The notes beneath the pieces are model-generated. The model made no database searches. It saw only the letters and a program-made list of their open reading frames with translations, and had not been told where the DNA came from. From Bacteroidia bacterium (GTDB taxonomy: Bacteria; Bacteroidota; Bacteroidia; UKL13-3), in NCBI GenBank assembly GCA_044370475.1, contig JBILVK010000003.1:12452-76451 (forward strand): a stretch of 64,000 nucleotides of DNA, given 5' to 3'. Position numbers and translations under genes: made by a program. Below, in pieces: positions 49,491 to 59,500 of the stretch (positions within the stretch are counted from its first letter, which is position 1; each line of letters opens with the position of its first letter).

Positions 49491-50470
49491 GATTGCTCTC
49501 CTTTTTCAATTGCCATAGGTTTTACATCGTTCAATTTAAACTCATTTGGCTTTTTAAATACCTCGTAATGGTTAGCAGATATAACAGAATGCCTGTGAAC
49601 AGGTGTAGGCGCTTCTATGGTCCAATCTGCAGTTTTTTTCTTGTCGAACCTACATGTATTACAAATAAATTCTTCAACCTCACCCCACTGATCTTTTCTA
49701 CCCGTAACACGCAATACCTCCTCACCTTTATACCACAAGTTTACCTTGCCGCTGCACTTCTCACAATCTCTATGGGCCGTCATAGGTTTGGTAAACCAAA
49801 CCCTGCTCTTAAACCTAAAAGTCTTATCGGTTAAGGCACCAACTGGACAAACATCAATTACATTACCAGAGAAATCATTGTCAACTGCCTGCTCTACATA
49901 GGTAGAGATTTCAGAATGATCGCCACGGTTAATTACACCATGCACCCTGCCATCAGTAATTTGATTGGCTACTTTTACACAGCGGTAGCAAAGGATGCAA
50001 CGCGTCATGTGTAATTGAATTTTATCGCCAATGTTTATTTTATCAAAAGTTCTGCGTTCAAAATCTGTGCGAGTTTTGCTTGAGCCGTGCTCATAAGATA
50101 AATCTTGCAAATGGCATTCGCCTGCTTGATCGCAAATAGGGCAATCTAATGGATGGTTCAAAAGCAAAAATTCAACCACACCTTTTCTTGCCTCAGTAAC
50201 TTTGGCCGAGGTGTTGTTTCCAACTTCCATTCCATCCATTACATTGGTTCGGCAAGAAGCCACCAACTTTGGCATTGGACGCGGATCTTTCTCGGAGCCT
50301 TTGGTTACCTCAACCAAACAAGTGCGGCAATAACCACCGCTGGTTTTTAGCTTGCTGTAATAGCACATGGTTGGGGGAGCTACCTCCGGACCAATCATTC
50401 TTGCTGCTTGAAGAATTGTGGTGCCATCTGGTACCTCAATTGTTCTGCCGTCTATCGTTACTTTTGCCAT
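49487..50470 (-). CDS. nuoG: NADH-quinone oxidoreductase subunit G (short Bacteroidota form, Fe-S binding N-terminal domains only).
   Basis: 327 aa. N-terminal 2Fe-2S ferredoxin-like domain and cysteine clusters (CYYSKLK...C..C, CPICDQAGEC, CILCYRC). Confidence 0.85.
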   Translation of the reverse strand: MAKVTIDGRTIEVPDGTTILQAARMIGPEVAPPTMCYYSKLKTSGGYCRTCLVEVTKGSEKDPRPMPKLVASCRTNVMDGMEVGNNTSAKVTEARKGVVEFLLLNHPLDCPICDQAGECHLQDLSYEHGSSKTRTDFERRTFDKINIGDKIQLHMTRCILCYRCVKVANQITDGRVHGVINRGDHSEISTYVEQAVDNDFSGNVIDVCPVGALTDKTFRFKSRVWFTKPMTAHRDCEKCSGKVNLWYKGEEVLRVTGRKDQWGEVEEFICNTCRFDKKKTADWTIEAPTPVHRHSVISANHYEVFKKPNEFKLNDVKPMAIEKGEQS

Positions 50471-50540
50471 ATCATATTATTCCTCTTTGTCGAAAAATTC
50501 TTTTATTTTTAATCAAATCTTTTATAATCACATTGAAGCG

Positions 50541-50882
50541 CTACTCAAACTTTGATATCTCCGATTTAATCTCTAAAATCAATACATCCAAATGATTATA
50601 CACAACACCCCAAATAATTTCATAATTTGTATTTGAGTAATCATGTACTATCCTATTTCTTAATCCAATTATTTGCCTTTTTGCAGAAATGTTTAATGTA
50701 TAATTCTCCTTTTCTATTTTAATTAATGCCTCAGCAATAATCTCCAACTCCTTTTCTACAGCCCTCAAAACTATTTTCCTGGCAATAAAATCATTATACA
50801 TTTTTATTCCTGAAGTATACTCTTTAATAGACAGTGCTGATTCGAGCATATCTGCAAGTAAAACGGCTACTTTAGGCTTCAT
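50541..50882 (-). CDS. hepT: HepT-like HEPN/DUF86 toxin (type VII TA RNase).
   Basis: 113 aa. The Rx4HxY motif RNRIVHDY lies near the C-terminus. It overlaps the upstream nucleotidyltransferase gene by 11 bp. Confidence 0.7.
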   Translation of the reverse strand: MKPKVAVLLADMLESALSIKEYTSGIKMYNDFIARKIVLRAVEKELEIIAEALIKIEKENYTLNISAKRQIIGLRNRIVHDYSNTNYEIIWGVVYNHLDVLILEIKSEISKFE

Positions 50883-51180
50883 AAATTAGCTTTTTTGTCT
50901 CCTCTATATTCTCGTTTAAAAATTTATTAGTTATCACTTTTTTAACCATCAAATCAACTTTCCTATTTAAAAGCAATTCAAGGTTATCTGCTAAATCAAA
51001 ATAAAGGTCGGCATAAGATTCAACTGGAATATTTTCATTGAATTTAACAATTAAATCTACGTCGCTTTCTTTATTAAACTTATTTGAATCAACCACACTT
51101 CCAAAAGCAAATAGCTCTTTTACATGATGCTGTTGGCATATGTTTGAGATTTCCTTTTTATGTTGATTGATAAAATTCAT
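50872..51180 (-). CDS. mntA: MntA-like minimal nucleotidyltransferase antitoxin.
   Basis: 102 aa with the motif FGSVVDSNKFNKESDVDLIV (GS...DxD nucleotidyltransferase signature). Confidence 0.7.
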   Translation of the reverse strand: MNFINQHKKEISNICQQHHVKELFAFGSVVDSNKFNKESDVDLIVKFNENIPVESYADLYFDLADNLELLLNRKVDLMVKKVITNKFLNENIEETKKLIYEA

Positions 51181-51186
51181 TTGCTA

Positions 51187-52533
51187 CTAATTGGCAGGTG
51201 TTACTTGATAAACGTTATCGTAATGTCTTACTTTTTTAACGTTGTTTGGATTACTTACGTAGGCTTCAAACTCTGGGCGGAAGTGGCGTATAGCACTAGC
51301 CACAGGCCATGCAGCTGCATCACCTAGTGGACAAATGGTATTGCCTTCAATTTTTGCTTGAATCTCCCACAACAAATCAATGTCTTCCATAGTGCCATGT
51401 CCGTCCATCATCTTGTGCAACAATTTCTCCATCCATGCTGTTCCTTCACGGCAAGGCGAACATTGTCCGCAGCTTTCATGGTGGTAAAAACGGGCAAAAG
51501 TGAATAGATTTTCTACAATGCTGGTAGTCTCATCCATCACAATAAATCCGCCAGAACCCAACATGGTACCACCACCAAAACCGCCATCTGCCAAACTTTC
51601 GTAAGACATTAAGCGCTTTTCGCCATTGGCCAAAGTCAATATTTTATCGGCAGGCAAAATAGGCACTGAAGAACCTCCAGCCACTACAGCCTTTAGTTTC
51701 TTGCCATGTAAAATACCACCACAATACTCGTCGCTATAAATAAAATCTTCTACCGTAATGCCCATCTCAATCTCGTAAACACCCGGCTTATTGATATGTC
51801 CAGATGCCGAAATCAACTTAGTTCCAGCAGATTTTCCAATGCCTATCTGAGCATATGCATCACCTCCATTGTTCACAATAAATGGAACAGCAGCCAAGGT
51901 TTCAACGTTATTTACAACGGTTGGACAACCATATAAACCAGCGATAGCTGGGAATGGTGGCTTTATGCGTGGGTTACCACGTTTGCCCTCCAAACTTTCT
52001 AACAAAGCTGTTTCCTCGCCACAGATATAAGCACCTGCACCTATATGTACAAATAAATCCAAGTTATAGCCTGAACCAAGGATATTTTTACCCAACCAAC
52101 CATTGGCATAAGCTTCGGCAATGGCTTTCTCAAGGATATTGGCTATATAATAATACTCACCACGGATGTATATATAGGCAGTGTTAACACCCAAAGCAAA
52201 GCTAGATGCTATCATTCCTTCAATCAATATATGTGGAATGCGCGACATTAAATACCTATCTTTAAAAGTACCCGGCTCGCTTTCATCTGCATTGCATACC
52301 AAGTAACGAGGAACACCCTCTGGTTTTGCTAAGAAGCTCCATTTCATTCCGGTAGGGAACCCTGCGCCCCCACGGCCTCTTAAACCCGATTTTTTTACTT
52401 CTTCAACCAAAGCCTCACAACTCATGGTCTTGATGGCTTTTTCTACCGAGGCATATCCTCCGTTATTACGGTAAACTTCATACCCTTGAATGCCGGGCAC
52501 ATGATCGTGCGCTAATAATATCTTTTTGCCCAT
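51187..52533 (-). CDS. nuoF: NADH-quinone oxidoreductase subunit F (FMN and NADH binding, 4Fe-4S).
   Basis: 448 aa. GRGGAGFPTG (FMN site) and CGQCSPCREG cluster motif. Confidence 0.9.
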   Translation of the reverse strand: MGKKILLAHDHVPGIQGYEVYRNNGGYASVEKAIKTMSCEALVEEVKKSGLRGRGGAGFPTGMKWSFLAKPEGVPRYLVCNADESEPGTFKDRYLMSRIPHILIEGMIASSFALGVNTAYIYIRGEYYYIANILEKAIAEAYANGWLGKNILGSGYNLDLFVHIGAGAYICGEETALLESLEGKRGNPRIKPPFPAIAGLYGCPTVVNNVETLAAVPFIVNNGGDAYAQIGIGKSAGTKLISASGHINKPGVYEIEMGITVEDFIYSDEYCGGILHGKKLKAVVAGGSSVPILPADKILTLANGEKRLMSYESLADGGFGGGTMLGSGGFIVMDETTSIVENLFTFARFYHHESCGQCSPCREGTAWMEKLLHKMMDGHGTMEDIDLLWEIQAKIEGNTICPLGDAAAWPVASAIRHFRPEFEAYVSNPNNVKKVRHYDNVYQVTPAN

Positions 52534-52537
52534 GGGA

Positions 52538-53074
52538 TTAATATTTATCTACCACTACATTATCTAAATACGTTTTTCTACTTCCCTCCCCTTTACATTG
52601 ATCCAAAATGGTATCAACCTTATCGTGGGTGAGGTTCTCATGATACTGAGCACCAATCATCATCATAGGCGCGGTACCACAGCTTCCAAGGCACTCTACA
52701 GTTTTTAGGGTAAACATGCCATCGGCAGTAGTTTCACCCTCTTTTATGCCTAATTTCTTTTCTATATGCTCTATTACCTCATTTGCCCCGCGTAACCAAC
52801 AACTGCTGGTTCTGCAAACTTCTATTAAACACTTGCCTACAGGCTTAAGGTTAAACATAGAATAAAATGATGCCACCTCGTATACTTCTATCGACTGAAT
52901 TTTTAACAAAGAAGCTACATAGTCCATTGCAGCCGGACTTAACCATCCATCGAATTCGGCTTGAGCCAAATGCAATAAAGGAATCAAAGCAGATTTCTGC
53001 TTTCCTTCTGGGTAACGCGCAATGATTTTATTGGCAACTGCTAATGTATCATCACTGAATTTTATATCACTCAT
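52538..53074 (-). CDS. nuoE: NADH-quinone oxidoreductase subunit E (thioredoxin-like 2Fe-2S).
   Basis: 178 aa with cysteines CRTSSC...CLGSCGTAP. Confidence 0.85.
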   Translation of the reverse strand: MSDIKFSDDTLAVANKIIARYPEGKQKSALIPLLHLAQAEFDGWLSPAAMDYVASLLKIQSIEVYEVASFYSMFNLKPVGKCLIEVCRTSSCWLRGANEVIEHIEKKLGIKEGETTADGMFTLKTVECLGSCGTAPMMMIGAQYHENLTHDKVDTILDQCKGEGSRKTYLDNVVVDKY

Positions 53075-53211
53075 CTTTTGGTCTTTGGTCTTTGGTCTTT
53101 AGCTGTTAGCTGTTAGCTGTTAGCTGTTGGCTATTGGCTTATACTATTCTTCATTTTTTAATCTGTGCAACTGGGCCTTTTTTCTTACTATGGTCTATGG
53201 ACCATGGACTA
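53075..53211. repeat. 137-bp oligomer-repeat spacer between nuoD and nuoE: (GGTCTTT)3, (AGCTGTT)4, GGCTATTGGC, CTATGGTCTATGGACCATGG.
   Basis: Direct reading. Same module family as 31240-31500 and 5682-5712. Confidence 0.85.
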
Positions 53212-54423
53212 CTAAGCATCTAGCTCTCCAGCAATTACATTCATGCTACTCATCGTTACAATGGCATCACTTAGGGTTGAGCCTTTGATCATCTCTGGGT
53301 AACCTTGGTAATAAATAAAACTTGGTCGGCGGAAATGCAATCTGTATGCAGCCCTACCGCCATCACTTACCAAATAGAAACCCAATTCTCCATTGCCACC
53401 TTCAACCGAATGGTAAACCTCTCCTACTGGAACATCTCCCTCTCCCATTACAATTTTAAAGTGCCAGATTAATGCTTCCATGTTATTGTAAACTTCTTGT
53501 TTTGGAGGCAAGTAAAACTCAGGAACCTCTGCAAAGAATTTACCTTCAGGCAAGTTTTCTAAGGCTTGGGTAATGATTTTATGGCTCTCCCACATTTCTT
53601 GCTGACGAACCATAAAACGATCGAAGGTATCGCCATTAATCCCTACAGGAATGATAAAATCAAAATCTTCATAACTGCAATACGGACTCATTACACGTAC
53701 ATCGTAATCTAAGCCCGTAGCCCTAAGGTTTGGACCCGTAAATCCATAATTCAAGGCACGCTCTGTGCTTATTGGTCCGGTTCCTATGGTTCTATCCATA
53801 AAAATACGGTTGCGTTCTAATAAGTCGGTAAACTCATTTAACACACGTGGAAACTCTTTTAAAAACTCCCTAATTTTTTGGAAACAAGCTGGTGAGAAAT
53901 CACGTTCCATTCCGCCAATTCTTCCGATATTGGTAGTTAAACGTGCACCACAAACTTCTTCAAAAATATCATAGATTTTTTCGCGCCATTGAAACACGTA
54001 AGTAAATCCTGTTAAGGCACCAATGTCCACTCCAATTACAGAGTTACATACCAAATGGTCTGATATACGCGCAAGTTCCATAATGATGATGCGCATATAA
54101 TCTACCCTTTTAGGTGTTTTAACCCCTAAAAGTTTCTCAACTGTCATATGCCATCCCATATTATTAATAGGAGAAGAGCAATAGTTTAACCTATCGGTTA
54201 ATGGTGTTATTTGGTAGAACGGACGGTGTTCGGCAATCTTTTCAAAAGCACGGTGAATGTATCCGCAAGTTTGCTCTGTATCCACAATAATCTCACCATC
54301 CATGGTAAGAATATTTTGAAAGATACCATGCGTTGCTGGGTGTGTTGGCCCTAGGTTTAGCTTGGTATATTCTGTTTTGTGATCGTATTGACTTATCGTA
54401 TTTTCCATGCTGTTACCTTCCAA
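53212..54423 (-). CDS. nuoD: NADH-quinone oxidoreductase subunit D.
   Basis: 403 aa 49-kDa subunit with the conserved GPTHPATHG-like N-terminal region. Confidence 0.9.
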   Translation of the reverse strand: MEGNSMENTISQYDHKTEYTKLNLGPTHPATHGIFQNILTMDGEIIVDTEQTCGYIHRAFEKIAEHRPFYQITPLTDRLNYCSSPINNMGWHMTVEKLLGVKTPKRVDYMRIIIMELARISDHLVCNSVIGVDIGALTGFTYVFQWREKIYDIFEEVCGARLTTNIGRIGGMERDFSPACFQKIREFLKEFPRVLNEFTDLLERNRIFMDRTIGTGPISTERALNYGFTGPNLRATGLDYDVRVMSPYCSYEDFDFIIPVGINGDTFDRFMVRQQEMWESHKIITQALENLPEGKFFAEVPEFYLPPKQEVYNNMEALIWHFKIVMGEGDVPVGEVYHSVEGGNGELGFYLVSDGGRAAYRLHFRRPSFIYYQGYPEMIKGSTLSDAIVTMSSMNVIAGELDA

Positions 54424-54919
54424 AATAAGTATCGTCTTTGTCTGTTCTTGTTTGGTCTTCTAAAGGATATTCTTTCCTCATTGGGAAGTATTCCATTTCC
54501 TCTACATTTAATATGCGTTTGAGGTTGGGGTGACCCACAAACTCAATTCCAAAGAAATCGAAGGTTTCTCTTTCTTGCCAATTTGCGCCATTAAACAGAG
54601 CACTTACCGTATCTATTTTTGGATCAGACAGAGGCATATAACATTTAATTCTAAGCCTAATGTTCTGGGTAAAACTGTGTAAATGGTAAATGGTAGAAAG
54701 CTCCTTGCCTGGGTTGTTAGGAAAATGTGCCCCACATACATCTGTTAAAAAATTAAACTTTAAAACAGGATGATTGATTAAATATTCAAACATAGGAACT
54801 ATGTCTTTTCTATCTAGCTCAATGGTTAACATGCCATATGGCTCTTCCACCGAATAGATGGATGCTGCAAATTGTTCCTGCAATTCTTTCAGCAAATATG
54901 CATTGTTTACTTCGCTCAT
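54413..54919 (-). CDS. nuoC: NADH-quinone oxidoreductase subunit C.
   Basis: 168 aa 30-kDa subunit in operon position, separate from nuoD. Confidence 0.85.
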   Translation of the reverse strand: MSEVNNAYLLKELQEQFAASIYSVEEPYGMLTIELDRKDIVPMFEYLINHPVLKFNFLTDVCGAHFPNNPGKELSTIYHLHSFTQNIRLRIKCYMPLSDPKIDTVSALFNGANWQERETFDFFGIEFVGHPNLKRILNVEEMEYFPMRKEYPLEDQTRTDKDDTYFGR

Positions 54920-55461
54920 TATTGTATACCGTAACTGGCCATTAATGCTTTGTATTCTGGAGACTCCCTGCGTGTTAATGCTTCTGTTTTTACCAACTCT
55001 TGTATCTTAATGATACCATCTATAATTTGTTCTGGACGTGGCGGACAGCCAGGAACATAAACATCTACAGGAATTACTTTATCTATGCCTTGCAATACAG
55101 AGTAGGTATCAAAAATACCACCGCTAGATGCGCAAGCACCTACAGCGATAACCCATCTTGGTTCGGCCATTTGCAAATAAACTTGTCTTAAAACCGGACC
55201 CATTTTCTTAGAAATTGTTCCCGTTACCATTAACAAATCTGCTTGGCGTGGAGAGAAAGAAATTCGTTCTGAACCAAAGCGCGCTAAATCGTAATTAGAT
55301 GCCATGGTAGCCATAAACTCAATGCCACAACATGATGTGGCAAAGGGCAAAGGCCAAATTGAATTGGCGCGTGCTAAACCTATTGCTTTATCAAGACTTG
55401 TAGCAAAAAAACCCTGCCCTTCTAGGCCTGGAGGTGCTTGTGTGATTTTTACAGACGACAT
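54919..55461 (-). CDS. nuoB: NADH-quinone oxidoreductase subunit B.
   Basis: CCGIEFMA...GACASSGG...PGCPP cluster-N2 motifs. Confidence 0.9.
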   Translation of the reverse strand: MSSVKITQAPPGLEGQGFFATSLDKAIGLARANSIWPLPFATSCCGIEFMATMASNYDLARFGSERISFSPRQADLLMVTGTISKKMGPVLRQVYLQMAEPRWVIAVGACASSGGIFDTYSVLQGIDKVIPVDVYVPGCPPRPEQIIDGIIKIQELVKTEALTRRESPEYKALMASYGIQ

Positions 55462-55492
55462 AAAAAAACTTTAGATTTTATTGGTTTCAAAA

Positions 55493-55876
55493 TTACTCCC
55501 ACTTTAAAGCGCCCTTTTTTAGGATGTAGAAAAATCCCAATAATAAGGTGCTTATAAATATCAACATTTCATAGAATCCTAATGGACCCAATGCTTTAAA
55601 ATTAACTGCCCATGGATACATGAAGATTACCTCCACATCAAACATCACAAACAAAATGGCAGTTAAAAAATAACGAATAGAAAATGGCATACGCGCATTT
55701 CCCTGCGGCTCAATTCCACACTCAAACACATCGAGCTTGTCACTTGTCTTTCGTTTTGGTCCAACCATATGCGAAACAACGATGGCAAAAACCACAAAAC
55801 CTACAGCTACTAAGAACTGCATAAAAATGGCGAAATAATCAACGCTTGTAGACATAATATTATATAATAAAGCCAC
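55493..55876 (-). CDS. nuoA: NADH-quinone oxidoreductase subunit A.
   Basis: 127 aa with three TM segments. First gene of the operon. Confidence 0.85.
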   Translation of the reverse strand: MALLYNIMSTSVDYFAIFMQFLVAVGFVVFAIVVSHMVGPKRKTSDKLDVFECGIEPQGNARMPFSIRYFLTAILFVMFDVEVIFMYPWAVNFKALGPLGFYEMLIFISTLLLGFFYILKKGALKWE

Positions 55877-56251
55877 GCAAAAATAGATTTTTACCCTTAA
55901 TGGAAGCTGATTTTAGTCAGAAAAAAATGTAATTTCTTTCAACAATTTTAACTCAATGAAATAGAGTTCATTACAAGTATAAAAAAGCAAGAAATGTTAG
56001 AAAATGTTTATGTATTGTCATTTTCTTGCGTTTTGGCCTGGTTTTTTGACCTTAAATTCTGCTAAAAATGGGCGCAGAATCTCAAAAATCATTCTCCTAA
56101 GCTTTGAGTTATTTTTGCCTTTTTAGCCCCTTATTTTCATTTGTTTTTTCAGCCTTATTAATTTGCTTTTGCTAGCTTTTAAATATGCAACAACAAATAC
56201 CCAAACTTGTTTGAAGTTTGGCATAATGTTACAATCAACAAACAAGAAAAT
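55877..56251 (-). promoter_or_regulatory. 375-bp AT-rich leader and promoter region of the nuo operon.
   Basis: Position upstream of nuoA. No specific -33/-7 elements were verified. Confidence 0.3.
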
Positions 56252-57037
56252 TTATTTGGATTTAGCTTCGTTCCAAATGCCATCCATCTCCTCAAGGCTC
56301 ATGTCGGTAAGCAATTTGCCCATAGATTTGGCACGCTCTTCAATGAACATAAATCGGGTGATAAACTTTTGGTTGGTATATTCTAAGGCATCGTCTGGAT
56401 TAAGGCCAGATTTACGTGCTAAATTGATTAAGGCAAACAATAAATCACCAAACTCCTGTTCAGATTTTAATTTATTATCGGGCTGAACCAACTCCTCTTT
56501 CAACTCTTCCAACTCCTCATGAACCTTGCCCCACACCTGTTCGCTGGTCGCCCAATCGAAACCTACTTGCGATGCCTTATCTTGTATGCGCAGTGCCTTC
56601 ACCAAAGATGGCGCTCCTTTGGTTACTCCACTTAGAACAGATTTATTGCCTTCTTTAAGCTTAATCTGTTCCCAGTTTTCTTTTACCTGTTGTTCATTCT
56701 CCACCTTAACATCACCATAAATATGTGGGTGCCGCACAATCAACTTTTCGCACAAGGTATGTATCACATGCGAGATATCGTACTCACCCATTTCACTGGT
56801 GATGCGGGCATAAAAAACAATATGCAACAACACATCGCCAAGTTCTTTTTGAAGCTCTTTGAGGTCGTTTTTGATGATGGCATCTGTAAGTTCGTAAGTC
56901 TCCTCTATGGTTAGATGCCTGAGGCTTTCCAAGGTTTGCTTTTTATCCCACGGACATTTCTCACGCAGCTCATCCATGATATCGAGGAGGCGCGAAAATG
57001 CTTGTAATTTTTCTTCCTTGCTACTTAAATTATCCAT
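56252..57037 (-). CDS. mazG: Nucleoside triphosphate pyrophosphohydrolase MazG.
   Basis: 261 aa with two MazG EExxE-type motifs (IEETYELTDAI and EELEELKEEL regions). Confidence 0.8.
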   Translation of the reverse strand: MDNLSSKEEKLQAFSRLLDIMDELREKCPWDKKQTLESLRHLTIEETYELTDAIIKNDLKELQKELGDVLLHIVFYARITSEMGEYDISHVIHTLCEKLIVRHPHIYGDVKVENEQQVKENWEQIKLKEGNKSVLSGVTKGAPSLVKALRIQDKASQVGFDWATSEQVWGKVHEELEELKEELVQPDNKLKSEQEFGDLLFALINLARKSGLNPDDALEYTNQKFITRFMFIEERAKSMGKLLTDMSLEEMDGIWNEAKSK

Positions 57038-58277
57038 GGTCTAAAATGATTAAGCCCGTGCGAATTTTGGGTTCAATCCAAGTTGATTTTGGCGGCATAA
57101 TTAAGTTCTCCTCTGCCACTGCTTTTACCTCTTCTATGCTGGTTGGATATAAGGTAATAGCCACATCAAAATCTCCTTTATCTACGGCCTCTTGCAAGTG
57201 TCCAATTCCCTTACCGCCATCCATAAAACTTAAGCGGTGATCGGTCTTACTATCTGTAATATTAAAGATGCGTTTTAAGATGTATTCTTCTACAATGCTT
57301 ACATCTAAATTATCAAGGGTTCCACTTAGGCTTTCTTCTATCTCTGGTTTTAATTGTAAGAGATAAGCTTTGCCATGGTAATACAAGCCAAACTCCTTTT
57401 TGTTTAGCGGCTGCACAGGTAAATGTCCGCTCGGAATTTTGATAAAATACTTCTTAATTTCTTCAATGAAATTAGGGGCATCAACCACCGACTTATCGCG
57501 CACCAATCTATGGTATTCAAAAATACTTAACTTGCTAAATGGGATCAGACAGACAGGAAAAAAATTAAAGGTTTCTTCGCCTGTATAACCGGGATTTTCT
57601 TTGCGCATAATTTCGCAAAATGCTGCCGACCCAGCAGAGCGATGATGTCCGTCTGCTATATACAATTGTGGAATGGCCTCAAATCTTGTTTCTAGGAGCT
57701 CAATATCTTTCTCTTCAGTTACCACCCAGAGGTTATGTTTTACCTGGTCGGCACTAATAAAATTATACTCTGGAATATGTTTTACAATGTACTGATTAAT
57801 GAGTAAATCTATGGATTGATCATCTGGGTAAGTAAGCAATACAGGATTGCCCAAGTTGTTGTAAAACCTAATGTGTTCGGCAATTTCGTTTTGCTTATCG
57901 GTGAGCGTATTTTCGTGCTTTAGGATATTATTATTGAGGTAATCATCTACACTGGCCATGGCAATAATTCCGGCATAAGCCTGGTGCCCTTTGATGAGCC
58001 TATAAATATAAAATGCTGGGGCTTCATCTTTAATAAGCAAGCCTTGCTCCCTAAACTTCTTGAGGTATTCTAAGCCAATTGGAAAGTGCTTTTCTGGGTT
58101 CTTCTTCTCACCTTTAAAGTGCAAATAGGGCTTCACCACATGCAAATATGAAACCGGATTATGGGTAACTTCATACAATGCTTGGTCTTTAGAACCACCA
58201 TCAAATGGGGGTGCACTCACCTCTCCTGCCCGCTCTTTACAAGGGCGCAGGGCTGCAAATGGTTTTACTTTTGCCAT
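57030..58277 (-). CDS. DUF1015 family protein.
   Basis: 415 aa. The N-terminus MAKVKPFAALRP matches the DUF1015 signature from memory. It is adjacent to serA/serC, as in other Bacteroidota. Confidence 0.55.
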   Translation of the reverse strand: MAKVKPFAALRPCKERAGEVSAPPFDGGSKDQALYEVTHNPVSYLHVVKPYLHFKGEKKNPEKHFPIGLEYLKKFREQGLLIKDEAPAFYIYRLIKGHQAYAGIIAMASVDDYLNNNILKHENTLTDKQNEIAEHIRFYNNLGNPVLLTYPDDQSIDLLINQYIVKHIPEYNFISADQVKHNLWVVTEEKDIELLETRFEAIPQLYIADGHHRSAGSAAFCEIMRKENPGYTGEETFNFFPVCLIPFSKLSIFEYHRLVRDKSVVDAPNFIEEIKKYFIKIPSGHLPVQPLNKKEFGLYYHGKAYLLQLKPEIEESLSGTLDNLDVSIVEEYILKRIFNITDSKTDHRLSFMDGGKGIGHLQEAVDKGDFDVAITLYPTSIEEVKAVAEENLIMPPKSTWIEPKIRTGLIILDHG

Positions 58278-58301
58278 GAATAAGGGTTTATTTTAAGGAA
58301 A

Positions 58302-59267
58302 CTACTTCTTTAAAAACTCAATCACTTTTTCTGCCAATTCAATGCTAATTCTGTTTTGTGCTTCTTTGGTGCTACCTCCTACGTGCGGACTTAACGACAC
58401 GTGTGGATGTTGCAAGATATCCATATTTACAGGTGGTTCTTTTTCGAACACATCTAAACCAGCAAATGAAACTTGTCCGCTATTTAATGCAGCCAATAAA
58501 TCGCTTTCACTAATTACACCGCCTCTTGAGCAATTTACTAAGCCTACTCCGTGTTTCATCTTAGCAATAACTTCAGCATTTATAGGAGCTTTATCACCTT
58601 CGTTAAAAGGAATATGGAAAGTAATAAAATCACTTTGTGTAATCACAGATTGCTCACTTACGGTGTTTATGGCAACCTTAATTCTTGAATTGGCACCCAA
58701 CATAGGCAGGTTTAAAACCAACTCCATTTGGTCAACATAAGGATCAAATGCAAGCACCTTCATCCCTAATCCGATGGCTATTTTAGCTACTTCCTGACCA
58801 ATTCTACCAAAGCCATAAATACCCATGGTTTTGCCTTGTAGTTCTATGGCATTTGAAGCTGTTTTCTTGAGTTCAGCAAAACGCGCATTGCCTTCTGATG
58901 GCATAATGCGGTTGGTATGTTGTAAGAACCTAATGCCAGAAAACAAATGGGCAAATACCAATTCTGCCACACTAATAGAAGAAGAGGCAGGAGTATTAAT
59001 TACCTTAATTCCTTTTTGCTTGGCATGTTCAACGTCTATATTATCCATGCCTACGCCACCGCGACCTATGAGCTTAAGGTTGGGACAAGCATCTATTAAT
59101 TCTTTGCGCACTTTTGTAGCGGATCGAACCAATATAGCGTCGAAGTTATTAAGCTCAGTCATTAACTGATCTTGTGGTATTTTTTGGGTGATTACTTCAA
59201 ATCCTGCTGATTCTAAAATCAGTTTTCCACTTGAGTCGATTCCGTCGTTTGCTAGTATTCTTATCAT
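58302..59267 (-). CDS. serA: D-3-phosphoglycerate dehydrogenase-like 2-hydroxyacid dehydrogenase.
   Basis: 321 aa. NAD-binding GIYGFGRIGQEVA and catalytic region GRGGVGMDNIDVEHA. It is adjacent to serC. Confidence 0.7.
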   Translation of the reverse strand: MIRILANDGIDSSGKLILESAGFEVITQKIPQDQLMTELNNFDAILVRSATKVRKELIDACPNLKLIGRGGVGMDNIDVEHAKQKGIKVINTPASSSISVAELVFAHLFSGIRFLQHTNRIMPSEGNARFAELKKTASNAIELQGKTMGIYGFGRIGQEVAKIAIGLGMKVLAFDPYVDQMELVLNLPMLGANSRIKVAINTVSEQSVITQSDFITFHIPFNEGDKAPINAEVIAKMKHGVGLVNCSRGGVISESDLLAALNSGQVSFAGLDVFEKEPPVNMDILQHPHVSLSPHVGGSTKEAQNRISIELAEKVIEFLKK

Positions 59268-59500
59268 TTTTTTTTAGTTATGCTGTTGGCTATTAGCTTT
59301 TGGCTTTTGCTTTGTTTACCGACTTTGTTTACAGAAGCCTTGGCGTAAGTTAAAGTTATTAATTATGAATTATGAGGTAAGAGTTAAGAGTTATGCTTCT
59401 GGCAGCTGGCCTCCGGCTTGTCTGCCAAAGCTTAAGCGAATGCTGAGCCTCTGGCTCTTTCTGTTTCTCTTTCTGTTTCTATTCTACTGTTTTTTTTAAT
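59268..59500. repeat. Oligomer-repeat spacer between serA-like and serC (GCTGTTGGCTATTAGC, TTATGAATTATGAGGTAAGAGTTAAGAGTTATG, AGCTTAAGCGAATGCTGAGC, CTTTCTGTTTCTCTTTCTGTTTC).
   Basis: Direct reading. It shares modules with 31400-31450 and 53110-53130. Confidence 0.75.
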
